DNA of 44,610 nucleotides. It comes from Bacteroidales bacterium. GTDB taxonomy: Bacteria; Bacteroidota; Bacteroidia; Bacteroidales; CAIWKO01. The first letter of the stretch is position 1. Every line of letters starts with the position of its first letter. Made by a program: the position numbers and the translations under genes. This document shows positions 18,890 to 28,412 of this stretch, one piece after another. The notes beneath the pieces were generated by a model. The model ran no database searches, was not told the origin of the DNA, and was given only the letters and a program-made list of their open reading frames with translations. The stretch lies in contig DAOORA010000034.1 in assembly GCA_035389045.1 (NCBI GenBank), positions 1 through 44,610 on the forward strand, read 5' to 3'.

Positions 18890-19822
18890 TCACTCCCATT
18901 CCTTTTCGTCAATATCTTCCCCGTTAAAAATGCTGAGGTAGTTTTTGTAGCGGGATAGGCTCACCGTCCCTTTGGTCAAGGCCTCTTTTACGGCACAGCC
19001 CGGCTCGGTGATATGGGTACAGTTGTAAAATTTACATTGACGCAGCAACTTAAAAAACTCCGGAAAATAATGGGTAAGGTCTTCGCGTTTGAAGTCGATA
19101 AGTCCGAACTCCTTGATGCCCGGGGTGTCGATGATGTAACCACCGCTTTTCAGGCAAATCATCTCAGTAAAGGTAGTGGTATGTTTGCCCTTGAGGAACA
19201 TTTCGGAGATCTCTCCGGTTTTCAGGTTCAGCGATGGGTCTATGGCGTTGATGAGGGCGCTTTTCCCCACACCCGAATGTCCCGAAAAAAGGTTGATCTT
19301 CCCGGCTAACCGGTCGCGGAGCGCCCCGATGTTGTCGCCGCGCAGGGCCGAAACCTCCATACAGGGATAGCCGGCATCACTGTAAATGGCTGTCAGTTCT
19401 TGGTGTTTCTGCCCTAATTTTTCGTCGTAAAGGTCAATCTTGTTAAAAATTAGGGTAGCCGGGATATGATAGGCCTCGGCGGTGATGAGAAAACGGTCGA
19501 TGAACCCGGTGGAGGTACGGGGCTGGGCAAGGGTTACCACCAGGTACGCCATGTCGATGTTGGCCGCGATGATATGAACCTGTTTGGAGAGCTTTTTGGA
19601 TCTCCGGATGATATAGTTTTTGCGCGGTTCAATTTTGTCAATCAGACCGATCTGTTCGTTGCCCGGGATATAAAACTCTATATGGTCTCCGACAGTGACT
19701 GGGTTGGTGGCTTTTAGTCCTTTGATCCTGTACTGTCCTTTGAGTTTACATTCGTATTTTTCACCCTCAGCGGTCATGACGGTGTGCCAGAGCCCGGTGG
19801 ATTTGATAATGGTTCCTTTCAA
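18890..19822 (-). CDS. rsgA: Ribosome small subunit-dependent GTPase A
   Basis: Circularly permuted GTPase motifs NKIDL, GHSGVGKS, GKHTT, DTPG, plus Zn finger CKFYNCTH.TEPGC. Confidence 0.96.
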   Translation of the reverse strand: MKGTIIKSTGLWHTVMTAEGEKYECKLKGQYRIKGLKATNPVTVGDHIEFYIPGNEQIGLIDKIEPRKNYIIRRSKKLSKQVHIIAANIDMAYLVVTLAQPRTSTGFIDRFLITAEAYHIPATLIFNKIDLYDEKLGQKHQELTAIYSDAGYPCMEVSALRGDNIGALRDRLAGKINLFSGHSGVGKSALINAIDPSLNLKTGEISEMFLKGKHTTTFTEMICLKSGGYIIDTPGIKEFGLIDFKREDLTHYFPEFFKLLRQCKFYNCTHITEPGCAVKEALTKGTVSLSRYKNYLSIFNGEDIDEKEWE

Positions 19823-19828
19823 CGGGAC

Positions 19829-20098
19829 TTATTTAAAATTATAATGTTTGCGTACAGGTTTATTCACATTCCACACACACTTCAATCCTTTGTGGAAGGT
19901 TACGAAATCTCCGGCTTTGATAGTAAAATTTCCTTCCGGGGTTTCGACCAGGATATCGCCTTCCAGTATCAGGCATTCTTCCATGCTGTCGTAATACCAG
20001 TCGAAACGTGATACTTCTTTAGTCCAAACAGGCCACGACCGGATGCCTCTTTTTGTTGTTTCTTCTTCCGAAAGCTGAGTGACAATTATTTTTTTCAT
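19829..20098 (-). CDS. Small cupin-domain protein (DUF861/cupin_3-like)
   Basis: WPVWTKEVSRFDWYYD..EECLILEG...GDFVTF.KGLKCVW.V..PVRKHY. Confidence 0.85.
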   Translation of the reverse strand: MKKIIVTQLSEEETTKRGIRSWPVWTKEVSRFDWYYDSMEECLILEGDILVETPEGNFTIKAGDFVTFHKGLKCVWNVNKPVRKHYNFK

Positions 20099-20330
20099 GG
20101 AATATAAAGTTTACAATGGGTAGAAATTATTTTTAAATATATGATTATTATTAAGTTATATAAAAGAAAAATGAAACCATTCTTCTAAAGCACCGGTCTG
20201 ATGCTCAGTCAGGTCTTTACAGATGGGATTCAGGTCTGTAATTATTGCTATAACCAATTTAAAATTCAGATTCAAAAGAGTTACTTATGATAAATTAAAC
20301 TTTCAAAATTGACATTTTGTGTGAATTATG

Positions 20331-20338
20331 TATATTTG
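20331..20338 (+). promoter_or_regulatory. -7 promoter box TATATTTG
   Basis: Matches TAnnTTTG with TTG about 19 bp upstream; favours ATG 20364 as the start. Confidence 0.55.
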
Positions 20339-20363
20339 CATCAAAATTAATAAAATTAACTCT

Positions 20364-21131
20364 ATGAAAAAATCATTACGTTACTTTGTTTTAGCAGGCC
20401 TTTTTGTTTTCTGTACAGGCTTTGCATTTGGTCAGTGTACTCCCGATCCCAATGTTACCGATCCTGAAGGAAACGGAGAAATGGTTCCCGATACCATTGA
20501 GGTGACAGAACTTTCCCCGGCTAACCTCACCGTTACTATTATTTGCCCCGACACCGCACATGTGCCCGGTATGGGTTTCATTTACCTGCATCATATTACG
20601 GTCAAGAATTTACAAAACAAACCGTCATGGCTTAACGCCGTCTGCGGTTGCACCAACTGGGAATTACCCGTTAACCAATCAAAATGCGTTTTGGTTACCG
20701 GGACGCCCCCGACGGGCAGCGCCGGATATCATGTCATAGATGTGATTGTGGATGTTTATGCATTGATAGGCGGGGTTCCTGTTCAGGTGGCCACAGATTA
20801 CAACAGCGGAATGCCGCTGGTTGTCCTGGTGCATCCCGAAGGTTATGATGTTGCAGAATTTGAATACCAGGGATTTGGTATCATACCTGCACAGCCCAAT
20901 CCTTTTAATTCTACCACAAAATTCGGATGTTTCACCGAAAGACCTCAGACAGTGTCATTAAGAGTCTTTGATATGGTCGGCAAAGAAGTTTTCTCAGAAA
21001 ATGTCAATACACAGGCCGGAGAGAATTATTTTACCTTCGACGGCAACCATCTGAACGACGGGGTATATTTTTATTCCATCACCGACGAACAAAACCGCGT
21101 GATCACCAAAAAATTCATCAAATCAAGATAA
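20364..21131 (+). CDS. Small T9SS type-A cargo protein of unknown function
   Basis: Signal peptide MKKSLRYFVLAGLFVFCTGFAFG|Q; Cys-containing N domain; CTD QPNPFNS..VFDMVGKEV..LNDGVYFY..TKKFIK. Confidence 0.85.
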   Translation: MKKSLRYFVLAGLFVFCTGFAFGQCTPDPNVTDPEGNGEMVPDTIEVTELSPANLTVTIICPDTAHVPGMGFIYLHHITVKNLQNKPSWLNAVCGCTNWELPVNQSKCVLVTGTPPTGSAGYHVIDVIVDVYALIGGVPVQVATDYNSGMPLVVLVHPEGYDVAEFEYQGFGIIPAQPNPFNSTTKFGCFTERPQTVSLRVFDMVGKEVFSENVNTQAGENYFTFDGNHLNDGVYFYSITDEQNRVITKKFIKSR

Positions 21132-21199
21132 TTGAACGCTGAATAATGAAAAGTCGGCCTTTCCGGTCGCCTTTTTTATCGGGACAAATCAAGATATAA
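21090..21199 (+). repeat. 110-bp direct repeat, copy A (3' end of T9SS gene plus terminator)
   Basis: 21090-21137 is identical to 22228-22275 (48 bp); similarity continues through the terminator. Confidence 0.9.
21149..21177 (+). terminator. Intrinsic terminator (imperfect stem)
   Basis: AAAAGTCGGCC-TTTCC-GGTCGCCTTTTTT just after the stop codon. Confidence 0.6.
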
Positions 21200-21203
21200 T
21201 ACC

Positions 21204-21690
21204 GATTGCCAATAGTTTAAAAATAAGAAAAGCGTTTATAACTTAATATTTCGCTTTTGTTTCTGTTGTAAACATGATATTTTTCTCTTACTTTTTTGCT
21301 TGTCCAAAAAAGTAAGCAAAAAAAGACCTCCTGGCGAATGCTTCAGCCCGCCCTCAGAAAACATTGAAAATCTAAGCAAAGTAGTCCCGACGCAGCATAG
21401 CTGGTCGGGAAACCCCGCCTGTGGCGGGGCCTTTGCAGATTTTCAAATGTTTTCTGATTCACGCCACCGCCGGCTCGCACGCCAGGAATTGCCCGCGCGC
21501 CAAATATCGGCTAACCTGTCCCGAAAAAGCCGAATTGTTTCGCAGAAACAAAGTGCGCTGGCAAGAAAATATGTCGGTGTCAGGGAGTGGCTTGTGCGAA
21601 GCCTGCCTGGCGGCAGACAGGGTTCGATATATATTTTCTTGAATTTTTTGGTACTTTTTGTTTCAAGTCAAAAAGTACAATAAAAAAAAT
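21204..21690. repeat. Highly structured non-coding repeat, unit 1 (REPIN/MITE-like or ncRNA)
   Basis: Nested stems and hairpin ends; near-identical to 21737-22180 apart from modular indels. Confidence 0.8.
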
Positions 21691-21736
21691 ACATTATTAA
21701 ATAATTGATTACCAGTATTTAAAATGGAGTTATATA

Positions 21737-22180
21737 GATTGCCAATAGTTTAAAATTTAGAAAAGCGTTTATAACTTAATATTACGCTTTTGTTTCTGTT
21801 GTAAACATGAGATTTTTCTCTTACTTACTTTTTTGCTTGTCCAAAAAAGTAAGCAAACCTGCCTGCGTGACGAACACTTCGGCAGGCAGGAAAGGACATC
21901 CTGGCGAATGCTTCAGCCCGCTCTCAGAAAACATTGAAAATCTATGCAAATTAGTCACGACCAGCTACGCTGCGTCGGGAAACCCCGCCTGTGGCGGGGC
22001 CTTTGCAGATTTTCAAATGTTTTCTGATTCACGCCACCGCCGGCTCGCCCGCCAGGAATTGCCCGCGCGCCAAATATCGGCCAACCTATCCCGAAAAAAA
22101 CCGAATTGTTTCGTAGAAATCCGCCAGCTGGCGGATTGGTACTTTTTTTTTCAAGACAAAAAGTACAAAATAAAAAATCA
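21737..22180. repeat. Highly structured non-coding repeat, unit 2
   Basis: Starts GATTGCCAATAGTTTAAAA like unit 1, has the same core stems, and differs in inserted palindromes. Confidence 0.8.
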
Positions 22181-22227
22181 TTACTTTTCGGAAATTAAGT
22201 TTGGTGTCACAGTGGCGAAGTCAGGAG

Positions 22228-22337
22228 CAAAACCGCGTGATCACCAAAAAATTCATCAAATCAAGATAATTGAACTTTGAGTTATGAAAAGGCGGCCCTA
22301 CCGGTCGCCTTTTTTATTTGTACAAACCAGGATATAA
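22228..22337 (+). repeat. 110-bp direct repeat, copy B
   Basis: Same orientation as 21090-21199, offset 1138 bp. Confidence 0.9.
22287..22315. terminator. Bidirectional intrinsic terminator
   Basis: AAAAGGCGGCC-CTACC-GGTCGCCTTTTTT, downstream of the convergent tsaB operon. Confidence 0.65.
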
Positions 22338-22390
22338 CGTGTGCTGTTCGCAGACTGTAACCGTGCGAAAAAAACACGTTGCCTGCGGCC

Positions 22391-23092
22391 TTATTTTAAT
22401 CCTTTAACATTCGGCTTTCCGGCAATGAAATCTTTAAGATAAAAAGGCTCAAAATAAGCCACGTCTTCAAAATCCTGATGCTGAAATTTATGTAACGCAG
22501 CTTGTATCATATACGCTGCAGAAGGAAGAAAATTGTCGATAAAAGCAACTTGTGTATTATGGGCAAAGAGGTTTTTGCATTTGTCCATGCCGTTGCCCAA
22601 CAGCAAAAGCCCGTGGTTTTTTAAAATATCCGAAAAAGAACCTTCATCCATGACCTTTGCCGCAGGCGGAGAAAACGCTTCCATATTCTTTGTATACAGG
22701 GCATAATACACTTCCATACGGCGGGCATCGAGCATCGGACAAAACAAAATATGATCATCCATATCAGGCTTAGTCATGCGTGCACCGTAAGCCATGGCGG
22801 TCAGTGTTCCGATGCTGATCAGGGGTTTATCAAGTGCATAACACAGACCTTTGGCCACCGAAACCCCAATGCGCAGCCCGGTGTATGATCCGGGGCCCAT
22901 ACTTACAGCAACCGCATCCACATGCTGTATGCCGGTTTTTGCCTCAGATAACACCTTATGAACAAATACAGTCACCAGTTCGGAATGTGAATTGGTCCTG
23001 GTGCTTTCCTGCAATGCGATGAGTTTTTCATCTTCCGACAAAGCTACCGAACAAATATTTGTTGCCGTTTCTATGTGTAAGATCAGCGCCAC
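22391..23092 (-). CDS. tsaB: tRNA threonylcarbamoyladenosine biosynthesis protein TsaB
   Basis: IETAT..CSVAL, GPGSYTGLRIGVS.AKGLCY, PMLDARRMEVY, FEDVAYFEPFYLK; GTG start. Confidence 0.95.
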   Translation of the reverse strand: MALILHIETATNICSVALSEDEKLIALQESTRTNSHSELVTVFVHKVLSEAKTGIQHVDAVAVSMGPGSYTGLRIGVSVAKGLCYALDKPLISIGTLTAMAYGARMTKPDMDDHILFCPMLDARRMEVYYALYTKNMEAFSPPAAKVMDEGSFSDILKNHGLLLLGNGMDKCKNLFAHNTQVAFIDNFLPSAAYMIQAALHKFQHQDFEDVAYFEPFYLKDFIAGKPNVKGLK

Positions 23093-23104
23093 TGATAAAA
23101 AGAA

Positions 23105-24481
23105 TTATTTTTTTTCTTCTTTGAACAATTCTTTCTTGTCCACTTTTTTAACGGGGGAATTATCTTTCAGGGTTTTGGTAATAGCGATGTAGGGAGCTGT
23201 CACCACCTCATCGTTTTCTTTCAGGCCACTGACAATTTGTATGTACATGTTGTCCTGTATTCCGGATTTTACTTTTTGCATTTTCACCTTTCCGTCGGTG
23301 TACAGAAAAACGTATTCCTGCTGTGGCGCCAGATGTTCATCTTTTTTTACCGTTGGCTGGTTCTCACCAGATTCCTGCCCGGTTTGGGGCTTTGCTTCTG
23401 CCGTTTCCTTTCCGGTAGTGTCTTCTCTCACGGTGACGGATTGTATGGGTACGGAAAGCACATTATAGGCGGTTTCCGTCTGTATGTCCACAGAGGCAGA
23501 CATTCCCGGCCTGAAAGGCGACAGGTTGGGATGTTCCGGCTTTATCAGGTCGAGATAACTGTCGCGTAAAATGCGGATTTTAACGGTGAAGTTGGTGACC
23601 TGATCCGTTGTAAGGCCTGTGGTTTCCGCAGAATTGGCGATCTCGGTGACGATGCCCTTAAATTTCCGGTTCAGGTAGGCATCTACCTCTATCAGTGCCG
23701 TATCGTATAAACTTACCCGGACAATATCATTTTCGTTAACGTCAACGCTGACCTCCATTTCGTTGAGGTTCGCAATGCGCATGATCTCTGTGCCCGCAAA
23801 TTGGGTGGTACCGACCACACGTTCCCCCAGTTCTATGCTGAGCTTCGAAATAGTCCCGTCAACAGGGGCGTAAATATTTGTTTTGGAAAGGTTTTCACGG
23901 GCTTCCTTCACGGAGGCATTGGTGCTTTGCACATTAAACTGCGCTGCCTTGTAGAGTTCCTCTGCTGCGGTTACTTCTTCTTTGGCGACATCAAAAGCTG
24001 TTTTTGCTGCGTCATATTCCGACTGTGAGATAACTTTTTGAGCAAACAGCGCTTCGTTACGGTCATAAGTGAGTTTGGCATTGATAAACTGCGATTTCAC
24101 CTGTGCCAGCCGCGCCTTGGCATTGGCTTCTGTGGCTTTTTGTGAATTCAGCGCAGCCTGCATCTGCTCATAATTGGATTCATAGATATCGGGTTTTATT
24201 TTGGCCAGCAGGTCTCCTTTTTTAACCTTATCGCCCTCCTTGATGAGCAGTTCAACCACCTCGCCCGAAACATCGGGAGAAATTTTTACTTCAACCTCCG
24301 GCTGAATTTTCCCGCTGGCGCTGACCGTTTCGGTAATGCTCCTCCGGACAGCTTTTTCGGTGGAGACCTCAGTAGTGTTCATTTTTCCGATACACCCTGT
24401 TTTTTTTCCTACAGCAAGAGCTACGATAATGATTATTACTCCGATAACAGAAAAACGTATGATCTTTTTTTTCTTTTTCAT
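23105..24481 (-). CDS. Efflux periplasmic adaptor (HlyD/MacA-like)
   Basis: N-terminal TM helix; VSASGKIQPEVEVKISPDVSGEV..EGDKVKKGDLL; coiled coil; IYAPVDGTI; RPGMSASV. Confidence 0.9.
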   Translation of the reverse strand: MKKKKKIIRFSVIGVIIIIVALAVGKKTGCIGKMNTTEVSTEKAVRRSITETVSASGKIQPEVEVKISPDVSGEVVELLIKEGDKVKKGDLLAKIKPDIYESNYEQMQAALNSQKATEANAKARLAQVKSQFINAKLTYDRNEALFAQKVISQSEYDAAKTAFDVAKEEVTAAEELYKAAQFNVQSTNASVKEARENLSKTNIYAPVDGTISKLSIELGERVVGTTQFAGTEIMRIANLNEMEVSVDVNENDIVRVSLYDTALIEVDAYLNRKFKGIVTEIANSAETTGLTTDQVTNFTVKIRILRDSYLDLIKPEHPNLSPFRPGMSASVDIQTETAYNVLSVPIQSVTVREDTTGKETAEAKPQTGQESGENQPTVKKDEHLAPQQEYVFLYTDGKVKMQKVKSGIQDNMYIQIVSGLKENDEVVTAPYIAITKTLKDNSPVKKVDKKELFKEEKK

Positions 24482-24492
24482 GGAAGCAGATT

Positions 24493-25914
24493 TTATTTTA
24501 ATGTCAGGGGTTTTCCCTGGTAAAAGTCGAGAACTTTGATCCGGAAAACATATTCATATTTCGCCTGTAAAAGGTCTGATGTGGCTTTTGTCAGTTTGTT
24601 TTTGGCATCGTTATATTCAAGGGATGTCACCATGCCGACATCGAATTTTTGCCGGGTATACGCAAACGATTCGGTAAGCGCATCGACAGCCTTGAGGCTT
24701 GCGTCGTAACGGTTTAGTGCGGCGCGGGCATCAGCATAAGCTTGTTGTATGGTTTTCAGCAACTGGTTTTTGGTGTTCTGCAGCGCCAGTTCGGCATTGG
24801 CAACAGAAATTTTGGAGGTGCCGATCATGGTGTTGGTCTGCCATTTGTTGAAAATGGGAATATTCAGATACAGGCCTAAAGAACTGTTGAGGTTTTTATC
24901 AATCTGATCCCAGAACTTTACATTTTCGTAAGTATAATTGTAGGTTGGTCCGTAAACCAGTTCGTTGGAAGCGGTGAGCCCGATAGGCTGATATCCTGAT
25001 AAGGTAACATCTGCAATATTTTTACTGGCGCCGGAATACCCTGTTCCGTAAGAGGCATTGAGGGTGATAGTCGGGCTCATCATGCCCCAGGAGATCTGTA
25101 AACCTTTTTTGGCGCTTTGCACCTTAAGCTCGGCGCTTTTAATATCAGGCTGAATAGCACAGGCCTTGTTATAAATTTCATCGGCCTGCTGTAATAAAGA
25201 ATTTGCATCGGGAAGTGATAAGACCGGTTTTTCAATGTCAAAACCCGATGTTGTCTGCAGGTCTAAAAACTGTACCAGCGAAAGATAGGCAAGGTCAAGC
25301 TGGTTTTGTGCCGTTACAACCTGAAGTTCGTCGGCGGCTGCCTGTGCTTCGATTTGTAACAGAGTCCCTTTGGCTATGGTACCCGCTTCAAACAGTTTCC
25401 GGGTACGTTCAAGCTGTTGTTTGCTGATGTCGAGCTGGCTTTTGGAAGTATTGAGGAGCTCGATGTTGTACAAAATCTGTAAGTAAGCCGTTGCAATGGT
25501 CAGCGAGATGTCGTTTTTCATCTTTTCAAGATCGTATTTTCCGGCCAGAAAATCAAGCTGTTTTTGTTTCAGTCCGTTAAGAAGCTGCAGCCCGCTGAAC
25601 AATACCATATTGCCACTCAGGTAAAAATTATTCGACTGCACGGTTTTGGAGGCAAAGGTGTTGGTATACATATCAACAGTCTGACCGTTATTATACACAT
25701 GGCTGGCGCTGGCATTCACCGAAGGAAAAAGAGCGGCTATGCTCTGATTGTACTGGAGCTTGCTCACCGCGGTACTCAGCTGCTGCTGTTTTACCTGAAT
25801 ATTATTTTCAAGCGCGTGGAAGATACATTCTTCAAGTGTCCAGATCTTTTGCGGAAAAACATATTCTGAAAAAGAAAAAATGAGTAAAAGAGCCACAAAT
25901 AAAAACTTTTTCAT
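24493..25914 (-). CDS. TolC-family outer membrane efflux protein
   Basis: Signal peptide, WTLEECI..ALENN, and the typical OEP helical repeats. Confidence 0.9.
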   Translation of the reverse strand: MKKFLFVALLLIFSFSEYVFPQKIWTLEECIFHALENNIQVKQQQLSTAVSKLQYNQSIAALFPSVNASASHVYNNGQTVDMYTNTFASKTVQSNNFYLSGNMVLFSGLQLLNGLKQKQLDFLAGKYDLEKMKNDISLTIATAYLQILYNIELLNTSKSQLDISKQQLERTRKLFEAGTIAKGTLLQIEAQAAADELQVVTAQNQLDLAYLSLVQFLDLQTTSGFDIEKPVLSLPDANSLLQQADEIYNKACAIQPDIKSAELKVQSAKKGLQISWGMMSPTITLNASYGTGYSGASKNIADVTLSGYQPIGLTASNELVYGPTYNYTYENVKFWDQIDKNLNSSLGLYLNIPIFNKWQTNTMIGTSKISVANAELALQNTKNQLLKTIQQAYADARAALNRYDASLKAVDALTESFAYTRQKFDVGMVTSLEYNDAKNKLTKATSDLLQAKYEYVFRIKVLDFYQGKPLTLK

Positions 25915-25932
25915 ATAAAAGGCAATATGTCA

Positions 25933-26023
25933 CAAAGATAAAACCTTTTGATAAGCCCTTAACCCTGTTGAATCAAAATATTTGTGAATCATCGGGGCAA
26001 AACGGATAATGTTCTTATTTTTG
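25933..26023. promoter_or_regulatory. Divergent -7 promoter boxes for tolC and the aminopeptidase
   Basis: TATCTTTG on the minus strand (25933-25940) and TATTTTTG on the plus strand (26016-26023). Confidence 0.5.
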
Positions 26024-26039
26024 TAGTAATCTCTGACCA

Positions 26040-28409
26040 ATGAAACAAAATACCATCAGTACATTATTATTGTTTTTTATAACAATAACAGCTTTTCCGG
26101 CAAGGAACACAAAATCCGTGAGCGATTCCCTGGATGTTTTGAATTACAGTATAAATCTTAACCTTACCAACCTGCCTTCGCATACAATCTCGGGTTTTAC
26201 CACACTCCGGATCACCCCCCTGGCCAATAATTTGTCGGTTGTAAAACTCGACCTGTTAAAGCTGAACATCGATTCCATATATGTTGAAAACAGCTTGTTG
26301 ACCACATTTACATATAATGATACCGTAATTGGCATCAGCCTGCCCCAGTCTTTGAATATGGATGATACAGTGGATATTACCGTTTTTTATCATGGCATAC
26401 CGCAGACAGATGCATCGGGATGGGGCGGTTTTTATTTCAGCAGCGATAATTCTTTTGCATATAACCTTGGTGTTGGGTTTGATGCGGTGCCTCATAATTA
26501 TGGCCGGGTATGGTTTCCCTGTATCGACGATTTTGTAGACCGGGCCACCTGCGATTGTTATATCACGGTTACAAACGGCAAAATGGCGGTCTGCGGGGGA
26601 ACACTGCTGTCGGTTAGCGACCACGGAAATAACACCAGCACCTTTCACTGGAGGATGCATGCGCCGGTTCCTTCGTACCTTATTTCAGTGGCCGTTGGTG
26701 ATTATGTTGCCGTTACCGACACGTTCAACGGAATGTCCGGCCATGTCCCGGTCAATATTTATGTGCGGCCTTCGGATACCAACAATGCCAAAGGTTCTTT
26801 TATAAACCTGAAACAAATACTCGGAATTTTTGAAAACAGGTTCGGGCCTTACCGTTGGGAACGTGTAGGATATGTGGGCGTTCCGTTTGATAACGGCGCC
26901 ATGGAACACGCTACTAATATTGCCTATCCCTTATCCTGCATCAACGGGGGGCTGGATTATGAATCGCTGTACGCACATGAATTATCGCATCAGTGGTTTG
27001 GCGACCTGACCACCTGCAGTACGGCAAAGGATATGTGGATCAACGAAGGCTGGGCAAGTTACTGTGAATCAATATACAGAGAGTTATTATACGGCGTGGA
27101 TTCCTATAAAAACAATGTCCGGCAAAACCATTTTAACGTGGTGAAATCGGCCCATGCCATTGATGATGGGTACCGGGCGCTATACGGCATCCCTGATGAA
27201 TATACTTACAGCACTACGGTTTACGACAAAGGCGCCGATGTGGTGCATACCCTGCGTAATTACCTGGGTGACAGTGTGTTTTTTGCAGCCGTTACGTCTC
27301 TGCTGAACGATTATCAGTTCCGTGACATTTCTTCGGCAGGTTTGCGTGATTACCTGAGCACACACACGGGTGTGAATCTGAATGATTTTTTTCAGGCCTG
27401 GGTTTTCAGCCCCGGCTTTCCCCATTTTTCAATAGATTCATTCATCGTTACTCAAACCTCGCCGCAGATCAAAGTCCGGGCTTATGTGAGGCAACGGTTG
27501 AACCATGCCCCGGCCTTTGCACATTCAAACAAGGTGGAGATAACATTCGGGAAGAACGACTGGCAGTTTTTTACGGATACGATCCGGTTTTCGGGAGAAT
27601 CCGGAAGCAGGGAATTTACCCTGCCTTTTATTCCGGATTTTGCTATGCTGGATTTCAACGAAAAAATTTCCGATGCCATAACGGATATGTATGAAGTCGT
27701 TAAAACCACCGGAACATATAATCTGCCGCTGTCATTTTGTGACCTGGTTGTGAACAGTGTCCATGATTCTGCCCTGGTGCGCGTCGAACACAGCTGGGTG
27801 GCGCCCGACCCGCTGAAATATCCCGCTCCTGACATTAAAAGGTTGTCTGATTACCATTACTGGAAGGTGGATGGCATTTTTCCGGCTGATCTGCGTATTG
27901 GAGCACGGTTCAGGTACAACCGGGTGACAAGCCCTTCAGGGAGCATAGACAATATTCTTCTTCCCACGACAAGCTCGGCAGACTCGCTGTTGTTATTATA
28001 TAGGGCAAATGCTGCTTCCGACTGGGTAGTCACACATTTTTCGAGACTGGGCAATTTTACCATTGGCCATCTTATCGTGGACACCCTTCGACGGGGAGAA
28101 TATTGTCTTGCCGTCGGAACACCATATCTGGCTGATATTCAAGACAATGAAGTCTATAACGGATTGCTGAATGTTTTTCCTAACCCATCAAATAATTCAT
28201 TTACTTTTTCGTTTGATATAAAAGAAAAAGCATACATAAAAGTATTTGATATTTCGGGAAAAGAAGTCTGGATGAATGAGACAAGGGACAAGGAAAAAAG
28301 TATGATCTGGAATACCCGGAATATGGCACCCGGAACCTATTTTGCGCAGATGTTTTCGGTGAAAGGAAATCAAAAACTGGGAGAACGGAAACTGTTGTTG
28401 ATCAAATAA
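26040..28409 (+). CDS. M1-family zinc aminopeptidase with T9SS CTD
   Basis: GAMEH, HELSHQWFG...NEGWASY (HEXXH-X18-E), YDKG; CTD VFPNPS..VFDISGKEV..PGTYF..KLLLIK. Confidence 0.92.
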   Translation: MKQNTISTLLLFFITITAFPARNTKSVSDSLDVLNYSINLNLTNLPSHTISGFTTLRITPLANNLSVVKLDLLKLNIDSIYVENSLLTTFTYNDTVIGISLPQSLNMDDTVDITVFYHGIPQTDASGWGGFYFSSDNSFAYNLGVGFDAVPHNYGRVWFPCIDDFVDRATCDCYITVTNGKMAVCGGTLLSVSDHGNNTSTFHWRMHAPVPSYLISVAVGDYVAVTDTFNGMSGHVPVNIYVRPSDTNNAKGSFINLKQILGIFENRFGPYRWERVGYVGVPFDNGAMEHATNIAYPLSCINGGLDYESLYAHELSHQWFGDLTTCSTAKDMWINEGWASYCESIYRELLYGVDSYKNNVRQNHFNVVKSAHAIDDGYRALYGIPDEYTYSTTVYDKGADVVHTLRNYLGDSVFFAAVTSLLNDYQFRDISSAGLRDYLSTHTGVNLNDFFQAWVFSPGFPHFSIDSFIVTQTSPQIKVRAYVRQRLNHAPAFAHSNKVEITFGKNDWQFFTDTIRFSGESGSREFTLPFIPDFAMLDFNEKISDAITDMYEVVKTTGTYNLPLSFCDLVVNSVHDSALVRVEHSWVAPDPLKYPAPDIKRLSDYHYWKVDGIFPADLRIGARFRYNRVTSPSGSIDNILLPTTSSADSLLLLYRANAASDWVVTHFSRLGNFTIGHLIVDTLRRGEYCLAVGTPYLADIQDNEVYNGLLNVFPNPSNNSFTFSFDIKEKAYIKVFDISGKEVWMNETRDKEKSMIWNTRNMAPGTYFAQMFSVKGNQKLGERKLLLIK

Positions 28410-28412
28410 TTA

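Noticed and set aside
20328..20363. Longer start for the small T9SS protein
   Set aside because: It overlaps the TATATTTG promoter box; the signal peptide begins at ATG 20364.
21204..22180. CRISPR array or DGR template/variable repeat
   Set aside because: No short repeat-spacer periodicity, no cas or RT gene, and differences between copies are not adenine-specific.
21300..22280. ORFs 21300-21683, 21421-21642 and 21807-22280
   Set aside because: They are translations of the palindromic repeat units; frames and ends differ between copies and no protein motifs are present.
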